Shown here: positions 13,094-26,780 of the stretch, one piece after another
Numbering within the stretch: the first letter of the stretch is position 1
How the letters are laid out: every line of letters starts with the position of its first letter
Assembly (NCBI RefSeq): GCF_964213995.1
Contig: NC_135808.1
Location: 7,440,001-7,504,000 of the forward strand
Direction of reading: 5' to 3'
Source of the DNA: Mustelus asterias
Taxonomy: Eukaryota
DNA: 64,000 nt
Translations under genes and position numbers: made by a program
Notes under the pieces: model-generated
The model's input: only the letters and a program-made list of their open reading frames with translations
The model's database searches: none
Told to the model about the DNA's origin: nothing

Positions 13094-14441
13094 GTATGTA
13101 TTCTTGTAAAACGTAAGCCCCCACCCCTCAAACTGGTAATGTATGTGTTGTGGTTCCTTTAAGTCATTGTCATGCGCAACTTCGGTAGATAGTTACCTCT
13201 ATGTCCGTGACAATAGTCTCTAGTAGATTCCTTATTCCTAATGGACTGACATATAATGTATTCCTCTGCACCCTATTTGAAACGAGGGCAGCATCTTGGA
13301 ACAAAGAGTTAGATGTGGGAGTCTGTCACTCGGCCCTTCCAGGCTTTCCACCATTCCACAAGATCCATGACTAGTCACATTGTGGCTTTAGGTCTCTTTT
13401 CGTGCCTGCCTCCCCATAACCGAATATTCTCCTGTCTATTAAAAAAATCTGCTTAACTGAGATTCAATGACCCTGCGTTCACTGCTTTCTGGGGATGAGA
13501 GTTCCACACGATAACGTATCTCTGAGGTTAAATAAATCCTCCTCTTCTCCTCGTAGATGGGAGACCCCTTTTTCTTAAATGATGTCCCATACTTCTTCCA
13601 TCCCGAACACGAGGAAACATTCTCCGCATCGACCCTATGAAGTCCCGTGAGTAAATAGGACCTTCAACCTTTCTTCATAAGATATGCCCTTACTTCCAGG
13701 AACGAGCTTCTAATGGAATTGCAATTTTTTTCGAAAGAGTCCAATGCTGAGCAAAATATGCCAAATGTAGTCTCAACAAGGTCCTGTACAGCTAATTTAA
13801 AAATCCCTACTTTTATATCCCATTCCCTTGTAAACGTCGTCATTTACAATCCCCCATGTTTAATAAAATAAACATTTTAATGCTACGAACCAATATAACC
13901 AGAGTAACTTGACTTCCAATGTGATTTTTACAAAAATTGCCAGTTGGCAGCACGTTGAACAGCGGAATTTTACCGTCCCGCCTGCCATCCGAATCGCAGC
14001 GGGTGGGACGGCACAATGCAAATTGACCTCGGGCGCGATATTCCGGTCTTGGGGCAGGCGCGGCCGGAAAATCTAGCTATAAGATAATAATCACATCATC
14101 AGCTGGAAAGATCTGTTTCTGTCTATCAGTGGGTTTGGAAGCGGTCATGTACGCACATTATTGGGGTTATAGTTCAGTCTTGAGAAATGTCCTGATTTAT
14201 TTCGCAGTTACCAGCCAGCACTTTGTATAATGGAGAAACATACGTATTGAGAAATAGATAGACAGAGAGACAATTGGTTAAGTGGGTAGACAGAAAGATA
14301 GAGGGCGGATAGGCAGACAGATCACATAACAGGAAACCTTATCAAGTAGATGCACCTGCAACATTGCAATAGTTACAACTCGAAATAGATTCTTTGGGCA
14401 TTTAATTACTCATGGTTATTACTTCGTTACTGTTTTCTCAG

Positions 14442-14485
14442 ACAATAAAACTGGCAGTCGCTCTGAAGTGGATTCCACATACACG
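14442..14485 (+). CDS. Gene A exon 4: cytoplasmic (DNKTGSRSEVDSTYT), first half of the ITAM-like motif
   Basis: Acceptor TGTTTTCTCAG, 44 nt, phase 1-0, donor ACG|GTAAAG. Confidence 0.82.
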
Positions 14486-14580
14486 GTAAAGTACATTCCC
14501 AGACTATCCTGAATGCATTAAAACAAGCCTCTGTTAACAGGATTGTCTAAAATAATTAGATTTCTTCTATTTTTTAACAG

Positions 14581-14640
14581 GGTTTCGAACTGGACGGTGT
14601 GGATATTTACAACGAGTTACACAGGTTTGATGTTGCATAA
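14581..14640 (+). CDS. Gene A exon 5: GFELDGVDIYNELHR(FDVA*), second half of the ITAM-like motif
   Basis: Acceptor TTTCTTCTATTTTTTAACAG, phase 0. Reads through to TAA at 14638-14640, or splices at CAG|GTTTGA (14624/14625). Confidence 0.82.
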   Translation, partial: GFELDGVDIYNELHRFDVA

Positions 14641-15079
14641 TTCTTAAGCAATCAAATATATATCTGAAAAAGTAAAGTGATTCCCCGTACGGTACAGCCT
14701 TCAACTCATGTTCCGAGGGGCTTATGCGCTCAAGTGATTTATTTTTAATGCAGACATCCTGGAAGCTGAGTTTAAGCTGAGAATGATTTGCTTAGTCGTT
14801 ACTTTCCTTAATATATAAGGAATGTATTTCATAATTCCTCGCACTCACTGACGGTACGAAATGGAGCTAATAGGTCTCTGCTAAACAGAGGCATTTACGC
14901 TAAATTGTTCAGTATCAAAGGGATTTCATCAGCCACGGCTTCATCTGAGGAAAGCAAGTATCAATCCAATCTCTGCATCCACGTCAAATGCTTGCAACAA
15001 CTATGAACTACGCGAATTTTGTTGAAAAAAGTGATAAGTGGAGGAAGCTTTTTGTTTTGCTCTCAGACGGACAAATACT

Positions 15080-15692
15080 CATAGAATCATAGAGGTTTAC
15101 AGCATGGAAACAGGCCCTTCGGCCCAACTTGTCCATGCCGCCCTTTTTTTAAAAAACCCCAAAGCTAATCCCAATTGCCCGCATTTGGTCCATATCCCTC
15201 TATTCCCATCGTACCCACGTAACTATCTAAATGCTTTTTAAAAGACATAATTGTCCCCGCCTCTACTACTACCTCTGGCAGCTTGTTCTAGACACTCACC
15301 ACCCTCTGTGCGAAACAATTACCCCTCTGGACACTTTCGTATCGCTCCCCTCTCACCTTAAACCTATGCCCTCTAGTTTTAGAATCCCCTACCTTTGGGA
15401 AAGTATATTGACTGTCTAGCTTATCTGAGCCCCTCATTATTTTATAGACCTCTATAAGATCACCCCTCACCTTCCTACGCTCCAGAGAAAAAAGTCACTG
15501 TCTATCCAGCCTCTCCTTATAACTCAATCCACGAAGTCCCGGTAGCATCCTAGTAAATCTTTTCTGCACTCTTTCTAGTTTAATAATATCCTTTGTATAA
15601 AAGGGGGACCAGAATTGCACACAGTATTCCACGTGTGGCCTTACCAATGTCTTGTACAACTTCAACAAGACATTCCAACTCCTGTATTCAAT
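15080..15692 (-). mobile_element. CR1 LINE 3' fragment
   Basis: MRGDLIEVYKIMRG...RGHRFKVRG and a CTATGATTCTATG tail. Confidence 0.9.
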
Positions 15693-17119
15693 AGAATACT
15701 AAATTTCAAACAATGCGATCAATGTATGTCACAGGAGAAAAGGAGTGCTCATTAGGTGGAAAGTGGACTCCAATTGGCCAAAACGTTGTCATGGAGAAAG
15801 CAACGTGAAATAGAGGCGAAGCAAGCTCGCCGGTATCCAAAATAAAGGTGCAAGGCTTAAACATATTCAGTTTCTTTGTAGAGAATAGGTTCCTATGTTT
15901 GAATGCATGGCAGGTGTAGTAAGTTTAAGTGAGCCCTGTTAGGAGCTCGATTCATTATCCTTCATCGTAATGTTTACTTGATGTGATAAGCATTCTTCTG
16001 AAGGGACGACTCTCAGCAAACAGAGACTTATTTGTCACGTTGCTCTCTCCATGGCATGGCCTCAACCACTCCGGCAATTCTTCTGTGGACGTGCGAGCCC
16101 GAGCCTAGCTCTAATTGAGGCCCTTAATTGGCCAATCATTGAGCTTTTTCATTCAGCCTCAATTTTCTGAGTCTCATGATCCAGGAGTCATTCAGTGTCC
16201 CGCCCCCGTGTCTCACTCTGACCCATAACAGGGACGTCTCTGCAATTTTGCAATGGCAGCACGGCTGATTGGAACCAGCATATTGTGAGTGTGATGGCGA
16301 ATAGGCATGTTGTAAATGTTTCACTTTACGGTAAAGAGGGGTTCCGCTGACAAGGTGGGTAAATTGAACAGCCTTAAGGATGGAACTATTAAATCCCTGC
16401 TGACCGAAAGGAATACACTGTTAAAGAACGGGTTCGCATTGGAGGACAAAGAATGTGCTCTTGTTAATGACCAATTGAGTACTCAAAATTTGATTTACAA
16501 GAGCAAGGCCAGTTAAACCAGATTAACTGAAATGCAGAACAATAATGCGTCAGACCCCCAAAAAACACCAATTGTCGTTGTAGCCAACGCCCCAAATGTG
16601 ACGCGAAGCACTTTGCTTGATGCCTTGGACAGTTTAGTTTTGTACATTCAATAAGCTCAGTACTGATGGTGATTTGGCACCGCGCTGGTTGTTACTGCTT
16701 CACTGTTGCTATAGGGAGACTGAAGATTCTGCATTGTATACCCTTGCACACTTCCCTGTTGCAACGACCCATTTTGTACCATTCATGTAACTTGTGTTAA
16801 CATTAGAAATACAAATTTTCAGTCTGACGGGAGACAACCAGGAGCAAAGGGCCAAGCTCAATAATGAACTATGTTCAGGAATCCGGCCAGAAACGGCTGG
16901 GGTGGAGACCTCGATTAGCAGCCTCCTTTTAACATCGGGCGTCCCTCCGCCCTCCCAAAATAGATGTGGCGCCCGCAGGTCTTCCCACTTCCCTACACCC
17001 CACTCTTCCTTCCATCTCACGACTGACAACCTCACCCAACTCTGGACACTTACCTGGGATTCACAATTCCCACCTGAGGCCAGCACACTCACCTGGTCCA
17101 GCATTTTATTAGTTGAGGC

Positions 17120-17722
17120 GTAGAATGAAAAAGCATGGAGGCTATTATGGAGCTGCATAAAACCTTTGTTAGGCCACGGCTAGAGAACCGTGCCAGCTTC
17201 TGGTTGCTGCACGATCGGAAGGATGTGATTGCACTCGAGAGGGTGCAGATGAGATTCCCCAGAGTGTTCGCAGGTTTGGAAAGCTTCAGCTATGAAGCGA
17301 GGTTGGTTAGGCTAGGGTTCTTTCCCTTGGAGCCGAGAAAGTTGAGAGGCGTCCTGATCGAAGTGTACAAAATTATGAGGGACAGCAGTACGGTAGATAG
17401 GAAGGAATCTTTCTCCTTGGGAGAGTGGTCAATAAAGGGGGCATAGATTTTAGGAATAGGGAAAGAGATTTAGGGGAGATTTGACGAAAAGCTCGTTTTT
17501 TCCAGAGGATGCTGTGAATTTGGAGCTCACTGCCTGAAAGGTTGGTGGAGGAGGGACCTTCACACCATTTAAGAATGATTTAGATAATAATTTGAAACGC
17601 CATAGCATACACAAACAACGAACCAAGTGCTGGAACATGGGATTAGAATAGATAGGTGCTTGATGGCCGGCGCAGACACGATGGTCCGAAGGGTTGCTTT
17701 TTGTGCCCTAAAACTCTACAAC
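17120..17722 (+). mobile_element. Degenerate CR1 LINE 3' fragment
   Basis: FVRPRLE...LERVQMRFPR...LRGVLIEVYKIMR. Confidence 0.85.
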
Positions 17723-18055
17723 TCCAAGGCACTCTGGGGATGGGACTGCCGCTGTTGCCTGCAGTACCGGTATTGTCCACTGCAACTTCTGGCGCTTCTG
17801 ACTGCAGATCGCCAGCAACTTACTGAGGTGGATTTCCTCCCCAGTTAACGTTTGTTGGAGCGTTAAATGGCTGCCGAACAGACACTATCAACAGGGACAT
17901 GTTCCATAACGGCTCCTCGCGTGCTGGAAGTTAAACCCCGCCGTCCCGAAAACCCAGGTCGAGGTCTGAAATCATGACAAAATGGCTAATCTTCAATACC
18001 ACTTATGAAAGTTGCCACCGAAATAATCACATTTTTACTTTTCCTTTCCTAACAG

Positions 18056-18062
18056 GAAATAG
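18056..18062 (+). CDS. Possible gene A terminal exon (completes ...HRK*), followed by a 3' UTR with AATAAA at 18253
   Basis: Very strong acceptor TTTTTACTTTTCCTTTCCTAACAG. G AAA TAG completes the phase-2 codon left by the 14624 donor. Confidence 0.45.
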
Positions 18063-18449
18063 GATACTTTCTGCTTCGTCTAACAGCTATTGTCGTGTTG
18101 GGAACATATCAGCACATGGATCCATTTCTGACCAATCAAGATTGCACCAGTCAATAATGCGATATTCTTTAAAATCAGTGAACGTTTCTACAAACTAACA
18201 TAAAGGCATTACAATTTTGAGGAGTGGCTGATTATGATTTTTCCTTCTTTAAAATAAAACGCACTCAGCGATATTGCGGCCGCTATAGATAAAAGCAAAA
18301 TACTGCGGATGCTGGGATTTGAAACACAAAAATAAAATGCTGGAAAATCTCAGCAGGTCTGACAACATCTGAGGAGAGAGAATAGAGCCAATGTTTCGAG
18401 TCAGGTATCCCTGATTCCAAACATTTGCTCTGTATCTCCACATATGTTG

Positions 18450-19131
18450 TGCTGCAAGTCAGGTTGGATACTTCAAGGTGATGTAAAAGCTCGCCTGACC
18501 TGTACATTTTTATGTTGAATTTGGCTAGGATGAGTATGAGCGGTTTCACTTCAAGTGTGTTTAAACTGACCCACGAGAGTATTGTTGACATGTATAGTAA
18601 GACACTTAGCAAGACCTTTTAACAATTACAAACAGGAAACACAACAACCAGGATAATGTATAACTCGTAAGGAAATATCTCTACTGTGTTCCAATCAAAG
18701 CCAACATCCAATACACAAAACCGTCCAAATAAACAAAATACAGCATAGGTTAATGCCCACTTGTTACAGGAATCCAGTCTCCTGGACTGGATGCTAAAAA
18801 TCCCTTGTGAAAAAACTCAGAAGAGGTTGTAAACGAATCTGTTTCCCAAATCACAGCTTATTTCAGGCGGAACCAAACAAAGAGAAAAAAACAGGGAGTG
18901 AAAGAGACTGCTTCTTAGCTTGCTGCTAAACTGCTCCCCAAAACACTCCAAAAACGAACTGAAAGCCCAAAGGAAAAGGAAAATACCGCTATCACCTGAC
19001 TGCCACAAACGAAACTGAAAGCCCTGTCCCCTGACTGCCGCAGCTTAACTCAACAGCTAATGACGTCGCTGAAGCTGCAAGCTGCATGATTTTTATTTTA
19101 AAAACTTTCTTAAAGGTACACTCGCATGACG
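18450..19131 (-). mobile_element. Probable solo LTR
   Basis: About 680 bp with TG...CG ends and a 4-bp GTTG duplication (18446-18449 and 19132-19135), splitting a short repeat (TCTCCACA.ATG | GCCAGACCT). Orientation is tentative. Confidence 0.5.
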
Positions 19132-21359
19132 GTTGCCAGACCTACCGAGATTTTCCATAATGTTTCTGTTTGTGTTGGATATTGAGGCCGCAACGCCTTC
19201 GAAATCAGATCGAAACAGCAGACCTTCTGAGGGACTGCGGGCCGCTTCTGGAATACTTTAGCTTAAAGAGTTCTCTACGTCAATCATAATCGAACAATTC
19301 GAGACAATTGTCGGGTCGAATGTTCGGACGAATAATAATAATTTGAATCACTGAACTGTTGGTGACGATATTGTCAAAGGGGATCGTAACATCCGTGTCT
19401 CTCTCACTTCTGCCTCCTGCTGGTCCCAAGGCAGGATCCATTCTTTCTGCGCTGGCCTATTCTTTCGAGGATGTTCAAAGATGGAGCAATGATTGAAACA
19501 ACTTGCCAAGAATATCCCAAGTTTGCCGTTTGACCATGCGTTTTGGCATGATTATGTATGACTCTATGTTTCACGATATTTTACGGGTTTTTTTTGTTAC
19601 TTTGAGCCATTTGACATCATGCGTCGTAGCTGCTTCAATGTACGAATTTTATGCTATCTACTCACGAATCTATGGAATTTTGCGACATATAAATGGATGT
19701 TTTAATGAAATAATTGTTCGATGTTGCAGGTAACACGTTGTATTGATTTAAAATAAATAAACGGCTTATTGCAAAATTAAATTCAGTTGAGAACAACACG
19801 GTGTATTTATGCAGCGACATCAATCCAGGAAATGTCCCAAGGCATTTCATCCAAATTTATGGAGGGCCACCTCTCCAAAGTCACAATTCTTTATACAGTT
19901 CTTTCAGGATGGCCGGGTTCCGTAAGTACCGATTGCGCATGCGCCGCCCTCAGGGCCGCACATGCGCCAAACTTCGTAGTCCTGTCAGGATTTGGATGTT
20001 TCCACCTCCGCTCGATAAGATGAATCAGACTAAACACAACATACGAACACATCTGAAAAGGCAACATAAATTACATCAGCCTCCCGTTGCTCTTCAGGCG
20101 TCTTTACAAATCACTGGAGTTAAACTATAGGCAGAAAAGTTTATTTTATTCAGTTGTGCGACATGGGCGTCGCTGGCTGGCTAGCATTTATTGCCCATGC
20201 CTAGTTCCCCTTGAGAAAGCGGTGGTGAGCTGCCGTCTTGAAACGCTCCGGTTAGTGATTGACACAATTGAATGGCTTGGTAGGCCATTTCTGAGAGCGG
20301 TAAATAGCCATTTCTGAGGTTAACAGTAGATTCTTAACTCCAGGTAATTTTTATTGAATTCAAATTCCACTATATGCTGTGGCAAGATTCGAACCCTGCT
20401 CCGTAGAATACTCGCTGAGTTTCTGGATTAATAGTCCAGCGATAATGCCACTAGGCCATTACTTCCCCAGAATAAATAAACTCAAATCAAAGTTAGATTC
20501 ACAGTTAACTAAACAATTTAGGGACAATAGAGTTAAAGAGGGACACCAGCTTCTTAAAAAGGCTACACTGCAATCTTGCAAACAAACTGTTGGATAAGAA
20601 CACAATCATCCCCTTATCTCAATATTTTATCCATTTTCTCACTTAAAATACGTTCAAGTTGTGATGCTTGCTTGTATGAATACGGCAGTGTCTGCTTGAG
20701 TTTCTGCCCACAGTCCAAAGTTTTGCAGGTGAGGTGGATTGGCCATACTAAATTGTCCTTTAGTGTCCAAAGATGTGGAGGCTCGGTGGTTTAGCCATGT
20801 TAAATGGGCGGGGTTACGGGTGGAAGTGAGATACTCTTTTGGGGAGAGGGTGTCGGTGCAGATGTGCCGAATGTCCTCTTTCTGTAGGAATTCTTATAGT
20901 TCTATCATTGTAGAAAGTTCCTATATCATTGAGATGAGCCTGACTGGCCTGTGGATGCAAGAGTTTGTATTGAACAAGACGCTTGGAAACAGAGTAGACA
21001 AGAACACAAAAGTTCGTATGAAACAAACTCTGCTTTCTTGACATACTCAAATTCACTGTCTTACGAAATTCATAGTGTGGAGTTTTAGAGGAGAATGGCG
21101 TGGTGGTGATGCGAGCTCAAATCCCAACACGTCTGTTGGTTGAACTTAAATTCCATTCATTATAAGCCTAGAATCAACAGCTAGTCTCAGCAATGGTGGC
21201 TGCGAAATTATTGGATTGTCTAAGAACCCATCCTGTTCACAAACGCACTTTAGAAGAGGACATCTGCCGTCTGTAACTGTTCTTACCTGTGACTCCAGCC
21301 AACAATTTGGTTGACTCTTACATGCCCACTCAAATAGTAGCTGCTAAAATCCTCGCCCT

Positions 21360-23900
21360 AGCATCTGGGACCTGTGTGGAAATTGGGAGAGCTATCCCAC
21401 AGAATAGTAAAGGAACAGCCTGATATAGTCAATCTCATGGAATCATACCTTACAGCCAGTGTCCGAAACACCATCATCAACATCCTTAGCTACGCCCTGT
21501 CCCAACTGAAGGATCGACCCAGCAGAGGGCGGCACGGTAGCACAGTGGTGGGCGGCACTGCTGCTGCACAGCTCCAGGGACCTGGGTTCGATTCCCGGCT
21601 TGGGTTACTGTTTGTGTGGAGTTTGCACATTCTCCTCGTGTCTGCGTGGATTTCCTCAGGGTGCTCCGGTTTCCTCCCACTGTCCAAAGCTGTGCGGGTT
21701 AGGTAGATTAGCCATGCTAAAAAATGCCCTTAGTGTCCTGAGATGCTTAGGTTAGAGGGATTAGTGGATAAATATGTTGGGATATGGGGATAGGGCCTGG
21801 GTGGGATTGTGCTCGGTGCAGACTCGATGGGCCGAATATCCTCTTTCTGTACTGTAGGGTTTCTATGTTCTATGTTCTTGGTAACGACAGGTCGAGGTAA
21901 TTGGTTGCCAGGGGAGTCTTCAGCATTGACTCTAGAACCCCAGATATCTCCTGGTACATAGGAAACATAGGAACGTAGGAACCTGGTACCTGGTTAAACA
22001 TGGCAAGGTGATTGGCTGATTACTGCCAATCACCCTCAGTCTCTTGCTGATTCAATACCCCTCTATGTTGGGTACCACTTGGTAGAAACACCGTAGATAG
22101 CAACTGTATGGAATTTACTTTGGGTGGGGACCTTCAGTGTCCATCATCAAAAGTGATTCAATACCACTGCTCATGACCGAGCTGTTGGCGTCATGAAGAG
22201 CATCTCTGCCAGTCTGGGACAGCAGCACATGGTGAGGGAAACAAAAAGAGGGCAAAAATCTAGAAGTCATTAGCCATTGGTCCAGATGACAGTAGTGGAT
22301 AGAGTGACAATGACACTTTGATTCATCAGCATCAAGCTAGGGGATGTCAATGAAGAGTCCAGGAGACCATACCAGGAGCAACACCAAGCATACCTAAAAA
22401 ATAGTTGGAAATCTCGTGCAGCTACAACACAAAGTGGGATACATGCCAAACATTGGAAACTAAGACGTCCCAGAGCCTAAGGATTTGCTGTTCTGCCATT
22501 CCATCTTCTGTAAGAGGGTGTGCAATTAAGCAACTAACTTTTAGAATTGCCCCAGCCACAGGTGCCAGTTGTCAGCAACTACCCAGAGTAGGAGAACAAT
22601 ACTTAACTGGCTTGACTTGAAGTAAGAGCCTAGCACAATAGTTCTGAAGCCTTCATAATCAGTCAGCCAGAAGTGCCGATAAGAAGTTCTAATTTGGTCT
22701 CCTCTAGTCCCCAGCCACAGGTACCAGCTTTCAGTCAATTCAATTAACTCCACACAATATCAAGAAAGCATTAAAGACAATGGCTACTGCAATATATAAG
22801 AACCCTGAAAACATCCCAACATTACTTTTGAAGACTTGTGCTCTGGAAATACACACAACTTTAGCCACATTGTTCTGTTTGAGTTACAACATTAGCATCT
22901 ATCTACCAATGAGGAAATGTTCCCAGGTATATCTTGCCCACAAAAAGCAGGACAAATTGAATCTAGCCAATTATTGCACCATCAGTCTACTCCCAAACGT
23001 TAGTAAAGTGATGGAAGGTGTCGTCGACTGTTTTACCAAATGGCACTTGCTTGGCAATACCCTGTTCCCTGACTCTCAGTTTGGATTCTGCTAGGGCCAC
23101 TCGGCTGCTGACCACATTGCAGCCTTGTTCCAAACATGGGCAAAAGATCTGAACTAAATAATGAGGTGATGGTGACATTCCTTGACATCAAGATAGCATT
23201 TGACTGAACATGGCATTGACGAGTCCGAGAAAAAATAAAGTTAGTGGGAATAAGGAAGTAAAGATCTTCATGGATTGCAATCACAGTTAATGGAAACGAA
23301 AATGGTTGTGGTACTTGGAGGCTATTCATCTTAGTCTCAGAACATTGTTGCAGGAGGTCCTCAGGTAAGCGTCCTAGCTCAACCGTTTTCAGATGTTTCA
23401 TTAATGACTTACCCTCCATCAGAAGGGGGTGTTTGCAAAGGATGTTCAGTAACATTCGCATCTCCCCAGGTTATGAGGCAATCGGTGTCCACATGCAACA
23501 TTACATTCAAACTTGAGCCGGCAAGTCACAAGTAATACCTTCATCACACAATTACTATCTTCAGCCAAAGACAATATAAGGATAGAGCCCATCATGCTCG
23601 AAGTTCAACCGAATTGCCAACGCTGAATACTTCAGTACCAATTTAGTGAGGGTGACCATTGACAGAAACTTAACTGGACAAACCACACGTATAATACGTT
23701 TACAATTGCAGCATGCGAAAAGCCAAAGTTTAGTGGTATACTCTCTACTTTCCACGTTGAGTACAGCCTCAGCACTCAAATTCGACACTAACTTGGAAAA
23801 AGTAGCTCACTTGATCACCACCTCGGACAACACCTTAACCATTCTCTCCCTCTACCACTGACATTCAGTGGTATCAGGATACAGACAGGGAACATAATTA
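21360..23900 (+). mobile_element. Old degenerate LINE (endonuclease and RT remnants), interrupted by a SINE at 21528-21878
   Basis: KLGELSHRIVKEQPDIV and PENIPTLLLKTCALE...ANYCTISLLPNVSKVMEG...QFGF, with many stops. Confidence 0.7.
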
Positions 23901-24009
23901 TTAAAGTGTATCTCGGAAAACCGTTGTGGTCAGTATGTAGCAAGTCCAAAAAGAGGGGTTCGGTTCTAGACTTAGTGTGAGGAAATGAAGCTGGGTAGGC
24001 AGACGGAGT

Positions 24010-26440
24010 AACCTGTAGAAAATATTCTATCACCCTCCTGACTTGTGCCTTATAGATGGTGGACAGAATCTGGGGGATAAGGGGGTGGGTTACTCGCCGC
24101 ATGATTCCACGCCTCTGACTGTTCTTGTAGCCATCGTATTCGTATGGTTAATCAAGTTCGGTTACTGGTTAATATTGATGTTGGGAGATTCAGGGATGGT
24201 AATGCCTGTGAAAGTCAAGGGGCGATGGTTAGATTCTTTCTTGTGGGATGTGGTCATTGCGTGACACTTGTATAGCGTGAACCGTACTTGCCACTTGTCG
24301 GCCCAAGTCTGGATATTGTCAAGTTGTTGCTGCATTTGGACATGAACTTCTTCAGTATCTGAGGAGTTGTGATTGGTGCTGAACATTATGCAATCATCGA
24401 CGCAGTAGAAAGGATCGAGAGCTTCAAGTTTTTAGGTGTCCAGATCACCGACAACCTGCCCTGAGCCCTATGCCGAGACTACAGTTAAGAAAGCCCACCA
24501 ACGCCTTTCTCAGAAGACTAAGGAAATTTGGCATGTCAGCTACGACTCTCACCAACTTTTACAGATGCACTATAGAAAGCATTCTTTCTGGTTGTATCAT
24601 AGCTTGGTATGGCTCCTGCTCTGCCCAATGCCGCAAGGAACTACAAAAGATCGTGAATGTAGCGAATCCATCACGCAAACCAGCCTCTCAGCCATTCACT
24701 CTGTCTACACTTCCCGCTGCCTTGGCAAAGCAGCCAACGTAATTAAGGACCCCACGCACCCCGGAAATGCGCTCTTCCACCTTCTTCCTTCGGGAAAAAG
24801 ATGCAAAACTCTGAGGTCACGTACCAACAGACTCAAGAACAGCTTCTTCCCTGCTGCTGTCAGACTTTTGAATGGACATACCTTGCATTAAGTTGATCTT
24901 TCTCTATACCCTAGTTATGACTGTAACACTACATTCTGCACTCTCTCGTTTCCTTCTCTATGAACGGTATGTTTTGGCTGCAGCGTTCAAGAAACAATAC
25001 TTCTCACTGTATGTCAATACATGTGACAATAATAAATCAAATTTTAAAAAAGGAATTTAAAAAATCATCAGCGAACTTCCCCACTCCTGACCTTATGAAG
25101 GAAGGAAGGTCATTGATGAAGCAGCTGAAGATGCTTGGGCCTCGGACATTATCTTGAGGAACTCCTGCAGCAATGTCCTGGAACTAAAAGGATTGACGTC
25201 CAACCACCATAACTATCTTCCTTTGTTCTCGGTATGACGCCAACAAGCGGGGTTTTTCCCCTTATCCCCATTAACTTCAGTTTTGATGTCAAGGGGACTC
25301 ACTCTTATCTCACCTCTGGAATTCAGCTCTTATATCATTGGTGACGCTAGTGGATTCCAAACAAAGCGTCTGAGAGCAGGTTATTGCTAAGTATGTGCCG
25401 CTTGAATGCAGGGTTGATGACCCCTTCCATCACTACCGGTGATTGAGAGCAGGCCAATGAATGTTGAGTGACTTGGTTGGATTTGCTCTGTTTTTTGTTT
25501 ACAGGACATACCTGGGCAAAGTTCCTCATTGACGTGTATATCATAGGATCATAGAATCCCTACAGTGCAGAAGGAGGCAATTCGGCCCATCGAGACTGCA
25601 CCAAAACAATCTTACCCAGGCCCTATCTCCATAACACCACATATTTACCTTGCTAATCCCCCGACACTAAAGGTCAGTTTGGCATGGCCAATCCACCGAG
25701 TCCACACATCTTTGGGCCAGATGCCAGTATTGAATCCATACTGGAACAGCTTAGCTCAGGACAGAGATACTTCTGGAGCACAAGTGTTCAGAATTATTAT
25801 CAGAATATTATCAGGGTTCATTGTCTTTGCAGTACTGAGTGCCTTTAGCCGGTTCTTGGTGTCAGAGGAATAAATCGAATTGGCTGAAGATTGGCGTATG
25901 GACTGCTGAGGATGTCCGGAGGAGATCCCGATGAATCATTCACTTAGCACTGCTATCTGATAATTGTTGCAAATCTTCAGTCTTAGCTTTTACACTGATG
26001 TGCTGGACTCTTCCGCCATTCAGGATGGAAATATTTGTGGTAGCTCCTCCTCCAGTGAGTTGTTTGATTGTCCACCACTATGCACAACTGGATGTGACAG
26101 GACAGCCGAACTTAGATGTGATGGGTTAGTTGCGGAATTGCTTAATCCTGACTATTATTTGCTGCTCTTTCTGCTGAGCATGCAAGTAATCCTGTGCTGT
26201 AACTTCACCATGTTCATACCTTATTTTTAGGTATGCTCGCTGTTGCTCATGGCATGTCCTCCTGTAACCTGCATTAAACCAGGGTTGATCCCCTGGCTTG
26301 GTGGTAATGGTGAGTGGGGAAATGGTAGGCCATGAGGTTGCAGATTGTAGTTGAGTACAAATTTGTTGCTGTTGATGGCGTACAACGCCTCATGATTGCC
26401 CAGTGTTGAGTTGCCAGATCTGTTTGAAATCTATTCCCTA
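24010..26440 (-). mobile_element. Old degenerate LINE of the same family in opposite orientation, with nested insertions
   Basis: QQQLDNIQTWADKWQVRF and VMEGVINPAFKRHILSNNLLSDALFG. Hosts a Rex1-like element and a SINE fragment (25545-25716). Confidence 0.7.
24405..25045 (+). mobile_element. Rex1/Babar-like LINE 3' part
   Basis: RRLRKFGMSATTLTNFYRCTIESILSGCIIAWYG and TNRLKNSFFPAAVRLLN, then an AATAAATCAAAT tail. Confidence 0.75.
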
Positions 26441-26441
26441 A

Positions 26442-26780
26442 AGGGAGGCGATGGCCTAGTGGTATTATGGCTACACTGTTGATCCAGAAAATCAGCTAAT
26501 GACCCAGGTTTGAATCCCACTACGGCAGGTGGTGAAATTGGAATTCAATTAAAAAAAATATCTGGAATCAAGAATCTATTGATGACCATGAAACTATTCT
26601 CAATTGTCGGAAAAAACCATCTGGCTCACTAGTGTTCTTGAGGGAAAGAAATTTGCTGTCCTTATCTGGTGGGCCTACATGTGACTCCAGAGCCACAGCA
26701 ATATGGTTGACTCTTAAATGCCCTCCAAAGGCAACCCGGGATGAGCAATAAATGCTGGACAGTCAGCGACGCCCTTGTCT
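26442..26780 (+). mobile_element. Second tRNA-derived SINE family (GGGAGGCGATGGCCTAGTGG head)
   Basis: Other copies at about 20150-20468 (-), 27440-27780 (-), 29668-29830 (+), 50285-50512 (-), 52603-52950 (+) and 59530-59878 (-). Several form mirror pairs across the two arms. Confidence 0.75.
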
